A stretch of DNA of 64,000 nucleotides from Thermoleophilaceae bacterium (GTDB lineage Bacteria; Actinomycetota; Thermoleophilia; Solirubrobacterales; Thermoleophilaceae): contig JBEVKF010000098.1 in assembly GCA_040509755.1 (NCBI GenBank), positions 19,081 to 83,080 on the forward strand. Direction: 5' to 3'. Below are positions 36,627-45,558 of the stretch, piece after piece. The notes under the pieces were generated by a model. That model did not search any database and was not told the DNA's origin. It saw nothing but the letters and a program-made list of their open reading frames with translations. A program made the translations under genes and the position numbers. Position 1 is the stretch's first letter. Each line of letters opens with the position of its first letter.

Positions 36627-37715
36627 ATGGACACAGGCAGCTATCTGGCGGTCATCAAGGTGGTCGGGATCGGCGGTGGGGGCACCAACGCGGTCAACCG
36701 CATGGTTGACGCCGGTCTCAAGGGCGTCGAGTTCATCGCCGTCAACACCGATGCCCAGGCGCTGCAGATGTGCGACGCCGACATCAAGCTTCAGATCGGG
36801 GATCAGCTCACGCGCGGTCTCGGCGCGGGCGCAAACCCCGAGGTGGGCTACGGCGCGGCCAACGAGAGCCGGGATGAGATCAAGGAGGCGCTCAAGGGCG
36901 CTGACATGGTCTTCGTGACGGCCGGCGAGGGCGGCGGCACAGGTACCGGCGCCGCGCCGGTGATCGCTGAGGTGTCGAAGCAGGAGGTCGGGGCGCTCAC
37001 GGTCGGGGTCGTGACAAAGCCGTTCGACTTCGAGGGCACCCAGCGCATGCGCCAGGCGGTCGAGGGCATCGACAGCCTGCGTGAGCAGGTGGACACGATG
37101 ATCGTGATCCCCAACGAGAAGCTGCTGGCTGTGGTCGAGCGCCGAACCAGCATCCTCGACGCGTTCCGCGAGGCTGACAACGTGCTGGGCCAGGGCGTCC
37201 AGGGCATCACGGATCTGATCACGACGCCCGGCCTGATCAACCTCGACTTCGCCGACGTTCGGACGATCATGCAGGACGCCGGGTCGGCGCTGATGGGAAT
37301 CGGCGAGGCCTCGGGCGAGAACCGCGCGGCCGAGGCGGCGAAGAACGCCGTATCGAGCCCGCTGCTCGAACAGTCGGTCGAGGGCGCCACGGGCATCCTC
37401 CTCAATATCACCGGGGGCACCGACCTCGGCCTGTTCGAGGTCAACGAGGCGGCCGAGATCATCCAGGGCGCCGCGGATCAGAACTCGAACATCATCTTCG
37501 GCGCGGTGGTCGACGACAGCATGGGCGACGGGGTCCGGGTGACCGTGATCGCAACCGGCTTCGAGCGGCCGAGCCGCCTGCCGCTCTTCACCGAGGACTC
37601 GACGGGCCGCCGTCGCGAGCCGCGTAGGCGGGACGTCTCGCTCGACGACCGCCAGCGCAAGTCGCTCGAGATCACCGACGACGACATCGACGTACCCGAG
37701 TTCCTCAAGGACTGA
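36627..37715 (+). CDS. ftsZ: Cell-division GTPase FtsZ
   Basis: [39 protein letters not shown] (tubulin signature). C-terminal DIDVPEFLK peptide. Confidence 0.97.
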   Translation: MDTGSYLAVIKVVGIGGGGTNAVNRMVDAGLKGVEFIAVNTDAQALQMCDADIKLQIGDQLTRGLGAGANPEVGYGAANESRDEIKEALKGADMVFVTAGEGGGTGTGAAPVIAEVSKQEVGALTVGVVTKPFDFEGTQRMRQAVEGIDSLREQVDTMIVIPNEKLLAVVERRTSILDAFREADNVLGQGVQGITDLITTPGLINLDFADVRTIMQDAGSALMGIGEASGENRAAEAAKNAVSSPLLEQSVEGATGILLNITGGTDLGLFEVNEAAEIIQGAADQNSNIIFGAVVDDSMGDGVRVTVIATGFERPSRLPLFTEDSTGRRREPRRRDVSLDDRQRKSLEITDDDIDVPEFLKD

Positions 37716-37757
37716 GGCGAGCATCCGCCGCCTCGCCGGCTGACCCGGCCCCGCAGC

Positions 37758-38888
37758 GTGGATCCCTGGGTCGAGCAGGCAGCCGCGCGGGTCGCACCGG
37801 CGGCAGAGCGCGAACTCGAGGCCCTCGTCGCAGTGTCCACGCCGTCCGGCGACGTGGGCGGCGCGGAGGAGGCGGTTGCGCTCTGCGTGGCCTTCATGCC
37901 GCCCGAGGGGGAGGTCGAGCGCGTCGACTGCTCGAGTCGCGGGCACGCCGCGGATCTCGTGGGACGGCTCAGCGGCACCGGCGCCAAACGTGTGCTCCTG
38001 CTCGGGCATCTGGACACGGTTGTGACCCACGCCGCCCACCGGCGGCTCGAGCGCGACGGCGACCGGCTGGTCGGCTCCGGAACGGTGGACATGAAGGGCG
38101 GCGTGGCGCTTGCGCTCGGACTCATGCGCGAGCTCGCCGACCGCCCGGAGCTCTACTCGGAGATCGCGCTGCTCGTGGTCTGCGACGAGGAGTGGCGCAC
38201 CGAGGCCTTCGGCCATGCCGAGCGCTTTGCCGGCTTTGACGCCTGCCTGTGCTTCGAGGCGGGCGAGCGCACCGGCTCGGGCGACGAGGGGGTGATCGTC
38301 AAGCGAAAGGCCGCAGGCACGCTTCGGGTCGAGGCGCACGGCCGCCCCGCCCACTCGGGGTCGGCGCCGCACAAGGGACGCAGCGCTCTGCTGGCTCTCG
38401 CCTCCGCCGCGCAGCGGATCGCGGCCCAGAGCGACCCGTCCGGCCCCGATCGCCTCACGGCGGTACCCACGATCATGCGCTCGGGGGAGGCGTTCAACGT
38501 GGTCCCGCCCGCGGGCGAGCTGGTCTGCGACCTGCGCGCCGACCGGCTGGCGGCCTTCGACCCCGTATTGGCGGCCGTGCCGGCCGAAGTCGACGAGGTG
38601 CACCTCGATACGACGCTCGTCCGCGCCTGGCCCGGGATGGACACCCGTCGCGCTGCCGGGCCGCTCCTGGAGCGTGCGTCCGCGCGCCTGGATCGCCCGA
38701 TAGCGCCCGCCGAGCGCGGCGGGGCGAGCGATGCCTCGCACATGGCCGCCGCGATCGCCCTCACGGTCGACGGCCTCGGGCCGCGCGGCGGCGGAGCGCA
38801 CACCCCGAACGAGTGGGTGAGCGCCGAGTCGCTGCACAGCCGCGCGCAGGTGGCGCTGGCCGTGGCGATCGCGCTGCTGGACGGTTGA
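37758..38888 (+). CDS. M20 family metallopeptidase (carboxypeptidase G2-like)
   Basis: GTG start. LLLGHLDTV, GSGTVDMKGG, VCDEE, GRPAHSG, GGASDAS motifs. Confidence 0.8.
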   Translation: MDPWVEQAAARVAPAAERELEALVAVSTPSGDVGGAEEAVALCVAFMPPEGEVERVDCSSRGHAADLVGRLSGTGAKRVLLLGHLDTVVTHAAHRRLERDGDRLVGSGTVDMKGGVALALGLMRELADRPELYSEIALLVVCDEEWRTEAFGHAERFAGFDACLCFEAGERTGSGDEGVIVKRKAAGTLRVEAHGRPAHSGSAPHKGRSALLALASAAQRIAAQSDPSGPDRLTAVPTIMRSGEAFNVVPPAGELVCDLRADRLAAFDPVLAAVPAEVDEVHLDTTLVRAWPGMDTRRAAGPLLERASARLDRPIAPAERGGASDASHMAAAIALTVDGLGPRGGGAHTPNEWVSAESLHSRAQVALAVAIALLDG

Positions 38889-38932
38889 CGGGGAGCCGCC
38901 GCGGCGACCCGGTACGGCGGGATTGGGCGTCG

Positions 38933-38971
38933 TTGTCGAGTTACCGGTTGCTGGGACCGCTAAGTCGACAA
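38933..38971. repeat. 39-nt palindromic element, copy A (second copy at 53359-53397)
   Basis: TTGTCGAGTTaccggttgCTGGGACCgCTAAgTCGACAA has 10-nt arms with 1 mismatch. It is about 85% identical to copy B and lies between convergent genes. Confidence 0.75.
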
Positions 38972-39029
38972 TCATCGCGGGCTCTGGCGTATTCCCAAGA
39001 GGCACCCGGATTAGGCACCCCCATTTGAA

Positions 39030-39872
39030 TCAATCGCCCTGGCCGCCGGCTCTGCGCAACAGCGGTGCCGTCAGGCAAGTTGGCCCGCCGTCTCCCTTCA
39101 TGGAGAGCTCCGACGCGGCGTACTCGTGCACCTCGCAGCCGCGGCCCTCGAGCGCGCGGCGCACTTCGGGAGCCCCTTCGGCTACAACCACGACGCCCGG
39201 CGCAACGGCGAGCACGTTTGTCCCCAGGCGCCCGTACTCGTCGGGGGACACCGCGATCCACTCGATGTCTCGCTCTCGTAGCGTTTCGAGCAGGCGCACC
39301 GGCGCAAGCGGCTCGAACAGCACATACAGGCGGTCCGTCACGGGCGAGGCCAAGGAGAGGAGGTGCAGCACCGAGCTCGGCCCGCGGTCATGAGGCAGGT
39401 CGAATACCTCTACGGCGATCTTCTGGGCGCCGAGCTGTTCGCGCAACTGCCGCCGCCCCTCCGCGTTGGTCCGGTAGGTCGCCCCGAGCGCGACCGTCCG
39501 CTCGTCGAGCCACAGCTTGTCGCCGCCGTCGGCACGGGCCGCGCCCGTCAGCCGGCCGGCCACGGGCACGCCGATGCGCGAGAGATCACGCTCGGCCGCG
39601 CGAGGCTCACCGGCTCGGACCGGCTTGGCCTGCTGAAGCACGATCGCGCCTCCGGGTGTCATGACGAACGGATCGTGCACGTAGGTGGCGTCCACGAGGC
39701 CCTCGAGAGCCTCGGCAACCTCCACCCGGCAGCCGAGGTCGGCGAGCAGCGTGCAGAACGCCTCATGCTGAGCGTGGAGCAGGTCTGGATCCGGCCGTCG
39801 CCACTCCGCGGCCTCCCAGTCGCCGGTGAGCGCCGGACGCCTGACCAGAACGCGTTCGAGACGCGCGGTCAT
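39030..39872 (-). CDS. Amidinotransferase-fold enzyme (dimethylarginine dimethylaminohydrolase / arginine-deiminase-like)
   Basis: ATG 39872 (MTARLERVLVRRP...). DPFVMTPGGAIV, ...VLHLLS..., and a C-terminal GGPTCLT (catalytic Cys) typical of the DDAH/amidinotransferase superfamily. Confidence 0.75.
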   Translation of the reverse strand: MTARLERVLVRRPALTGDWEAAEWRRPDPDLLHAQHEAFCTLLADLGCRVEVAEALEGLVDATYVHDPFVMTPGGAIVLQQAKPVRAGEPRAAERDLSRIGVPVAGRLTGAARADGGDKLWLDERTVALGATYRTNAEGRRQLREQLGAQKIAVEVFDLPHDRGPSSVLHLLSLASPVTDRLYVLFEPLAPVRLLETLRERDIEWIAVSPDEYGRLGTNVLAVAPGVVVVAEGAPEVRRALEGRGCEVHEYAASELSMKGDGGPTCLTAPLLRRAGGQGD

Positions 39873-40009
39873 CGAGCTCACTCCGTAGTCGGCGGGGCGC
39901 ACGGACCCGGCCGCGCCCGCCTGCACCGAATCCATGAAGCGGTGACGCTATGAATTGCCCACGCGCCTGTCAACTCGCGCACGGTGGAGGTATGTAGCCT
40001 CCCGGGCGC

Positions 40010-41095
40010 TTGGCCTCCGCCGCCGACACCCTTCGCCGCACGCCCCTGTTCGAGCGTCACCAGCGGGCGGGCGCGAAGCTCGTTCCGTTCGCCGGCTGGG
40101 AGATGCCAGTGCAGTACGAGGGCATCCGCCCGGAGCACGTCGCCGTCCGCACCGGCGCCGGGATGTTCGACGTCTCGCACATGGGCGAGATCGAGACCGA
40201 GGGTCCGCAGGCGCAGGAGTTCCTTCAACACATCCTCTCCAACGACCTCACCAAGCTCGCCGAGCGCGGGGCCCAGTACTCGGTGCTCTGTCGCGAGGAC
40301 GGCGGCGTGCTCGACGACCTGTTCACCTACCGCCTCGACGGCGGGCGCTTCCTCACGGTCACGAACGCCTCAAACCACGAGAAGGACCTGGCCTGGTTTC
40401 GCCGCCAGGCCGAGGGTTTCGACGTCGAGGTGAGAGACGCCCACGCCGCCTGGGCGATGCTCGCGGTGCAAGGTCCGGGCGCCCGTGCGGCGCTGGAGAG
40501 CATCGCCGGCGGCGAGCTGCCGAAGCGCATGCGCACCGCGGAGCTTGCGGTGGCGGGCGTCGAGGCGCTCGTGTGCGGCACGGGCTACACCGGCGAGGAC
40601 GGCTGCGAGCTGATGATCGCGCCCGAGGGCGCCGCCGCGGTCTGGGACGCGCTGCTGGCCGCGGGGGTCAGCCCGACCGGGCTCGGCGCGCGCGACACAC
40701 TGCGCCTGGAGGTCTGCTTCCACCTCTATGGCAACGACCTGTCCGAGGATCGCAACCCGATCGAGGCCGGCCTGGGCTGGTGCTGCAAGCTCGACACCGA
40801 CTTCGTCGGCGCCGAGGCGCTGCGCCGAGTCGAGCCCGATCAGACGCTGGTCCCGTTCGCCTTCACCGGCCCCGGCATCCCCCGCCAGGACAACCCCGTC
40901 AACGCGCCGCACGGCGACGGCGTCGTCACCAGCGGCAGCCTGTCGCCGTGTCTTGAGATCGGGATCGGCATGGCCTACGTTCCGGTGGCCGACGCCCAGC
41001 CGGGCACCGCGATCGAGATCGACGTGCGCGGCAAGCTGCGCTCCGCCGAGGTGCGTGAGCGGCCGCTCTATCAACGAGAGGAGTCCAGTGGCTGA
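40010..41095 (+). CDS. gcvT: Glycine cleavage system aminomethyltransferase T
   Basis: TTG start. RTPLFERHQRAGAKLVPFAGWEMPVQY...GMFDVSHMGEI...GYTGEDGCE. Confidence 0.95.
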   Translation: MASAADTLRRTPLFERHQRAGAKLVPFAGWEMPVQYEGIRPEHVAVRTGAGMFDVSHMGEIETEGPQAQEFLQHILSNDLTKLAERGAQYSVLCREDGGVLDDLFTYRLDGGRFLTVTNASNHEKDLAWFRRQAEGFDVEVRDAHAAWAMLAVQGPGARAALESIAGGELPKRMRTAELAVAGVEALVCGTGYTGEDGCELMIAPEGAAAVWDALLAAGVSPTGLGARDTLRLEVCFHLYGNDLSEDRNPIEAGLGWCCKLDTDFVGAEALRRVEPDQTLVPFAFTGPGIPRQDNPVNAPHGDGVVTSGSLSPCLEIGIGMAYVPVADAQPGTAIEIDVRGKLRSAEVRERPLYQREESSG

Positions 41096-41474
41096 AGCCA
41101 GCTACCCCGACGACCTGAAGTACCACAAGGACCACGACTGGGCGCGCATCGAGGGCGATCGGGCGACGTTCGGGATCACCTGGTACGCGCAGGACGCCCT
41201 CGGGGAGGTGGTCTTCTTCGACCCGCCGGAGATCGGGCACCAGGTCTCGAGGGACCAGTCATACGCGGAGGTCGAGTCGGTCAAGGCGGTCTCCGACGTG
41301 TTCGCTCCGGTCTCGGGAGAGATCGTGGAGGTGAACGAGGGGCTCGCCGATTCGCCGGAGAAGATCAACGAGGACCCTTACGGCGACGGCTGGATGGTCA
41401 AGGTGCGCCTCTCGGATCCGGCAGAGGTCGACCAGCTGCTCGACGTCGACGCCTACAAGGAGCTGCTTGAGTAA
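41088..41474 (+). CDS. gcvH: Glycine cleavage system H protein (lipoyl carrier)
   Basis: GTG 41088 after GAGAGGAG, overlapping the gcvT stop. YHKDHDWARIEG...AEVESVKAVSDVFAPVSGEIVEVN (lipoyl-Lys in ESVKA). Confidence 0.93.
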   Translation: MAEASYPDDLKYHKDHDWARIEGDRATFGITWYAQDALGEVVFFDPPEIGHQVSRDQSYAEVESVKAVSDVFAPVSGEIVEVNEGLADSPEKINEDPYGDGWMVKVRLSDPAEVDQLLDVDAYKELLE

Positions 41475-41528
41475 GGCTGCCGGCTTGAGGCTCGGCCGGG
41501 CGGGTAGCTAACGTCGTACTACCTCAAA

Positions 41529-42875
41529 ATGAGCCGCTACACCGCCGTCACAGACGAGGACCTCCGGGCGATGCTCGACGCGATCGGCGCCGAATCGCTC
41601 GAGGACCTGTTCGCGGACATTCCGCAGTCGGTTCGCCTGGGGCGCGAGCTCGAGCTCCCCGCCGGACTCTCGGAGCTGGAGGTCAACGACCACCTCACCG
41701 CGCTTGCCGCCCGAAACCGCCACTGCGACGCCGAGACGAGCTTTCTCGGCGCCGGCATGTACGACCATTACGTACCCGCGCTGATCGACAATCTGCTGTC
41801 GCGCTCGGAGTTCCTGACCCCCTACACGCCCTACCAGCCCGAGATCTCGCAGGGCGGCCTTCAGGTGATGTTCGAGTTCCAGACGGCGATCTCCGAGCTG
41901 ACCGGCCTGCCGGTGTCGAACGCCTCGGTCTACGAGGGCCCGAGCGCCGTGGCCGCCGCCGGATACCTCGCGAAGCTCGAGACGCGCCGCACCAAGCTCG
42001 TGGCCAGCCGCGGGCTGCACCCGCACTCGCGCGCGGCGCTGCGTACCCACGCCGCCGGGTACGGGATGACGGTCGAGGAGATTCCCCTGAACAGCGACGG
42101 CGCCACCGACCTCGAGGCTCTCTCGGCCGCGCTCGACGACGACACCGCGGCGGTGTTCTGCCAGCAGCCGAACTTCCTGGGCACGGTCGAGGAGCTCGGT
42201 GAGCTCGCCGAGGCGGCGAAGGCGACCGGCGCGCTCGCCGTGTGCGCCGCCGACCCGCTGGCGCTTGGCATCCTCAAGCCGCCCGGCGAGCAGGGCATCG
42301 ACATTTGTGTCGGCGAGGGCCAGACGCTCGGCAACCGGCTCGACTTCGGCGGTCCCAGCTTCGGCTTCTTCGCGGCTGCCGAGCGCTTCCTGCGCAAGAT
42401 GCCGGGCCGGATTGCGGGCGAGACGCGCGACACCGACGGTAGGCGCGGCTTCGTGCTCACCCTGCAGACGCGCGAGCAGCACATCCGCCGCGAGAAGGCG
42501 ACGCACAACATCTGCACAGCGCAGGCGCTCAACGCGCTGGCGGGGGTGGTCTACCTGTCCTGGCTGGGCCGGCGCGGCCTGGTCGAGCTTGCCGAGCTGA
42601 TGCTGCGCCGCACTCACTACGCGCGCGAGCAACTCGGGCTGGAGGCAATCAACCCCGGGCCCGTCGTGCGCGAGTTCGCGGTGCGCGTGCCAGACATCGA
42701 CGGCCTGTTCGAGCGCGCGCGCTCCGAGGCGATCAATCCGGGCTACCGGCTCGGTCGCGACTATCCCGAGTACGAGAACGGCCTGCTCGTGGCGATCACC
42801 GAGCGGCGCACCAAGCGGGATATCGACCGCCTCACGGCGATCGTCGCCTCGCCCCGCGAGGGGGTGGCCGCGTGA
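41529..42875 (+). CDS. gcvPA: Glycine dehydrogenase (aminomethyl-transferring) subunit 1
   Basis: 448 aa. FLGAGMYDHYVPA...TPYTPYQPEISQG...ICTAQAL. Confidence 0.93.
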   Translation: MSRYTAVTDEDLRAMLDAIGAESLEDLFADIPQSVRLGRELELPAGLSELEVNDHLTALAARNRHCDAETSFLGAGMYDHYVPALIDNLLSRSEFLTPYTPYQPEISQGGLQVMFEFQTAISELTGLPVSNASVYEGPSAVAAAGYLAKLETRRTKLVASRGLHPHSRAALRTHAAGYGMTVEEIPLNSDGATDLEALSAALDDDTAAVFCQQPNFLGTVEELGELAEAAKATGALAVCAADPLALGILKPPGEQGIDICVGEGQTLGNRLDFGGPSFGFFAAAERFLRKMPGRIAGETRDTDGRRGFVLTLQTREQHIRREKATHNICTAQALNALAGVVYLSWLGRRGLVELAELMLRRTHYAREQLGLEAINPGPVVREFAVRVPDIDGLFERARSEAINPGYRLGRDYPEYENGLLVAITERRTKRDIDRLTAIVASPREGVAA

Positions 42876-44443
42876 GCCTCGACCCGCGCGTGACCGCCGA
42901 CACGCTGACCGTCTTCGAGCGCTCGCGCGAAGGCAGGCGTGCGTTCTGCGCCCCTCAGACCGACGTGCCCGAGGTGCCCGTCGCAGAGCTGCTGCCGGCG
43001 TCTCAGATCCGCGAGCAGCCCGCTGCGCTTCCGGAGATCTCAGAACCCGAGCTCGTGCGCCACTACGTCACCCTCTCGTCCAAGAACTTTCACCTCGACG
43101 AGGGCTTCTACCCCCTCGGCTCGTGCACGATGAAGCACAACCCCAAGCTGCACGAGCGGGTGGCAGCGCTCCCGGGACACGCGCGCCTGCACCCGCTGCA
43201 GGATCCCGAGTACGCCCAGGGCGCGCTCGAGCTGATGTGGCGCCTGCAGGGCGCGCTGGGCGAGGTCGCGGGGCTGCCGCACGTCTCGCTGCAGCCGAGC
43301 GCCGGCTCGCACGGCGAGCTGGCCGGCCTGCTGCTCACGCGCGCCTACCACGAGGATCACGGCGAGCAGCGCTCCAAGGTGCTCACGCCCGACACCGCTC
43401 ACGGCACCAACCCCGCAACCGTGACGATGGCCGGCTACGAGGTGGTCAAGGTCGGCACCGCCGAGGACGGCGGCGTGGACCTGGACGACCTGCGCGAGAA
43501 GGCGACCGACGACGTCGCGTGCCTGATGCTCACCAACCCCAACACGCTCGGGCTCTTCGACACCAACATCGAGGAGATCGAGCGGATCGTGCACGGGGTC
43601 GGGGCCACGCTCTACTACGACGGCGCCAACCTGAACGCGGTCATGGGGATCGCGCGCCCCGGCGACATGGGCTTCGACATCGTGCACTTCAACCTGCACA
43701 AGACGTTCACCCAGCCCCACGGCGGCGGCGGCCCGGGAGCGGGCCCGATCGCCGTGGCCGAGCGCATCGAGCCCTTCCTGCCCACGCCCCAGGTGGTCCG
43801 CCGGGCGGGCGCGAACGGCTTGGACCCGGTCTTCGACCTCGACCACGACCGGCCCAAGTCGATCGGCAAGCTGCGCGGCTTCCAGGGCAACTTCGGCGTG
43901 TTCGTGCGCTCCTACGCCTACATCTGCTCGCTCGGCGCGGACGGGCTGAAGGAGGCGTCGCAGATCGCCGTCCTGAACGCCAACTACCTCAAGGCCCGCC
44001 TCGCCGAGGAGGGGCTCGCCGAGTACCTGCCGATCGCCTTCGACCGGACCTGCATGCACGAGTTCGTGGTGTCAGCACGCGGCGCGAAGGAGAAGCTCGA
44101 GATCAAGACGCTCGACATCGCCAAGCGCATGCTCGACCACGGGGTCCACCCGCCGACCGTCTACTTCCCGCTGCTGGTGGAGGAGGCGCTCATGATCGAG
44201 CCCACCGAGACGGAGACCAAGGAGCGCCTCGACCACTTCGCCGACGTCCTGCGGGCGATCCTCGAAGAGGCGGCCGAGGACCCGGGGATAGCTCGCAACG
44301 CCCCTTACACCACGCCGGTCCGCCGCCTCGACGAGGCAGGCGCGGCCAAGCGCCCGGTGGTCCGCTGGCGTCCGGACGCAGAGAATCCCGGCGACCCGGA
44401 GCGCGCCGGCGATGCCGCGGCCGGCGGCACCGGAGCGATGTAG
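42872..44443 (+). CDS. gcvPB: Glycine dehydrogenase (aminomethyl-transferring) subunit 2
   Basis: GTGA overlap with gcvPA. YPLGSCTMKHNPK...HFNLHKTF..PHGGGGPG (PLP-Lys). Confidence 0.93.
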   Translation: MSLDPRVTADTLTVFERSREGRRAFCAPQTDVPEVPVAELLPASQIREQPAALPEISEPELVRHYVTLSSKNFHLDEGFYPLGSCTMKHNPKLHERVAALPGHARLHPLQDPEYAQGALELMWRLQGALGEVAGLPHVSLQPSAGSHGELAGLLLTRAYHEDHGEQRSKVLTPDTAHGTNPATVTMAGYEVVKVGTAEDGGVDLDDLREKATDDVACLMLTNPNTLGLFDTNIEEIERIVHGVGATLYYDGANLNAVMGIARPGDMGFDIVHFNLHKTFTQPHGGGGPGAGPIAVAERIEPFLPTPQVVRRAGANGLDPVFDLDHDRPKSIGKLRGFQGNFGVFVRSYAYICSLGADGLKEASQIAVLNANYLKARLAEEGLAEYLPIAFDRTCMHEFVVSARGAKEKLEIKTLDIAKRMLDHGVHPPTVYFPLLVEEALMIEPTETETKERLDHFADVLRAILEEAAEDPGIARNAPYTTPVRRLDEAGAAKRPVVRWRPDAENPGDPERAGDAAAGGTGAM

Positions 44444-45529
44444 ATGGCCACCGTGCCGCCCGGCACCGCCGATGTGGATGTGGGCATCACTGAGGCCGAG
44501 CTCGGCCTCGCCGCACGCAACCACGCGCTCCCGCTCGAGGCGCTGCGGCACGACATCACGCCCGCCGGCCTGCACTACCTGCTGATCCACTACGACATCC
44601 CGGACGTCGACCCGGACGCGTTTCGGCTCGAGCTCGACGGCGCCGTGGAGCGTCCGCTCAGGCTCTCGCTCGACGACCTGCGTGCCCGCGAGCGCGTATC
44701 TCAGCCAATGACCTTCGAGTGCGCGGGCAACGGCCGCGCACTGCTCTCCCCACGCCCGGTCTCCCAGCCCTGGCTGACGGGGGCCGTGGGCACGGCCGAG
44801 TGGGCGGGCACGCCGCTGGCGCCGCTGCTCGACGAGGCCGGCGTACGGGCGGACACGGTCGAGCTCCTGTTCGGCGGCCTCGACCGGGGGTTGGAGGACG
44901 GCGTCGAGGGGCCATACGAGCGTGCCATGCCCGTGGCCGCTGCCGAGGGGGCGCTGCTGGCCTATGAGATGAACGGCGGACCGCTGCCGGCCCAGCACGG
45001 CTTCCCGCTGCGGCTCGTGGTCCCGGGGTGGTACGGCATGCAGAACGTCAAGTGGCTGTGCCGCATCACGGCGCTCACCGAGGCGTTTCAGGGGTTCCAG
45101 AACGCGGTCTCCTACCGCATGTTCGACGCGGACGGCCGGCCCGGCGAGCCGCTCACCCGCATGGAGACCCGCTCGCTGATGGTGCCGCCCGGCGTACCCG
45201 ACTTCATGACCCGCGAGCGCTACCTGCGGCCCGGTCCGGTCACCCTTCGCGGCCGGGCCTGGTCCGGTCGCGGGGCGATCGAGCGCGTGGAGGTGTCCAC
45301 GGATGAGGGCGCGAGCTTCGCCGAGGCCGAGCTCGATGAGCCGCTCGGTGCGGCCGCGTGGCGAGGCTGGCGCTTTGCGTGGGACGCCGAGCCCGGCGAG
45401 CACGTGCTCTGCTCGCGCGCCACCGACGCCCTGGGCAACACCCAGCCGCTCGAGCCGCGATGGAACCTCAAGGGCTACGCGAACAACGCTGTGGAGCGGG
45501 TGGTGGTCGTGGTGGGTACGCCGTCCTGA
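44444..45529 (+). CDS. Sulfite-oxidase-family molybdopterin oxidoreductase (no signal peptide seen)
   Basis: The ATG directly abuts the gcvPB TAG. FECAGN (Mo-ligand Cys), GFPLRLVVPGWYGMQNVKWL, and a C-terminal Mo-co dimerisation-type domain. Confidence 0.8.
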   Translation: MATVPPGTADVDVGITEAELGLAARNHALPLEALRHDITPAGLHYLLIHYDIPDVDPDAFRLELDGAVERPLRLSLDDLRARERVSQPMTFECAGNGRALLSPRPVSQPWLTGAVGTAEWAGTPLAPLLDEAGVRADTVELLFGGLDRGLEDGVEGPYERAMPVAAAEGALLAYEMNGGPLPAQHGFPLRLVVPGWYGMQNVKWLCRITALTEAFQGFQNAVSYRMFDADGRPGEPLTRMETRSLMVPPGVPDFMTRERYLRPGPVTLRGRAWSGRGAIERVEVSTDEGASFAEAELDEPLGAAAWRGWRFAWDAEPGEHVLCSRATDALGNTQPLEPRWNLKGYANNAVERVVVVVGTPS

Positions 45530-45558
45530 CACCGCCGCGCCCCTAGACTGCCCGCCCC

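Noticed and set aside
36546-39005. 819-aa minus-strand ORF antisense to ftsZ and the M20 peptidase
   Set aside because: An antisense artefact. ftsZ on the plus strand is unmistakable, and no domain signatures appear in the minus-strand translation.
39936-40009. Possible glycine riboswitch upstream of gcvT
   Set aside because: The spacer is only about 75 nt. It lacks the conserved GGAGAG...CACCGAAGGGGCAA-type aptamer cores, so I saw no aptamer-like structure.
45530-45558. T-box or other leader upstream of trpS
   Set aside because: The spacer is only 29 nt, which leaves no room for a T-box.
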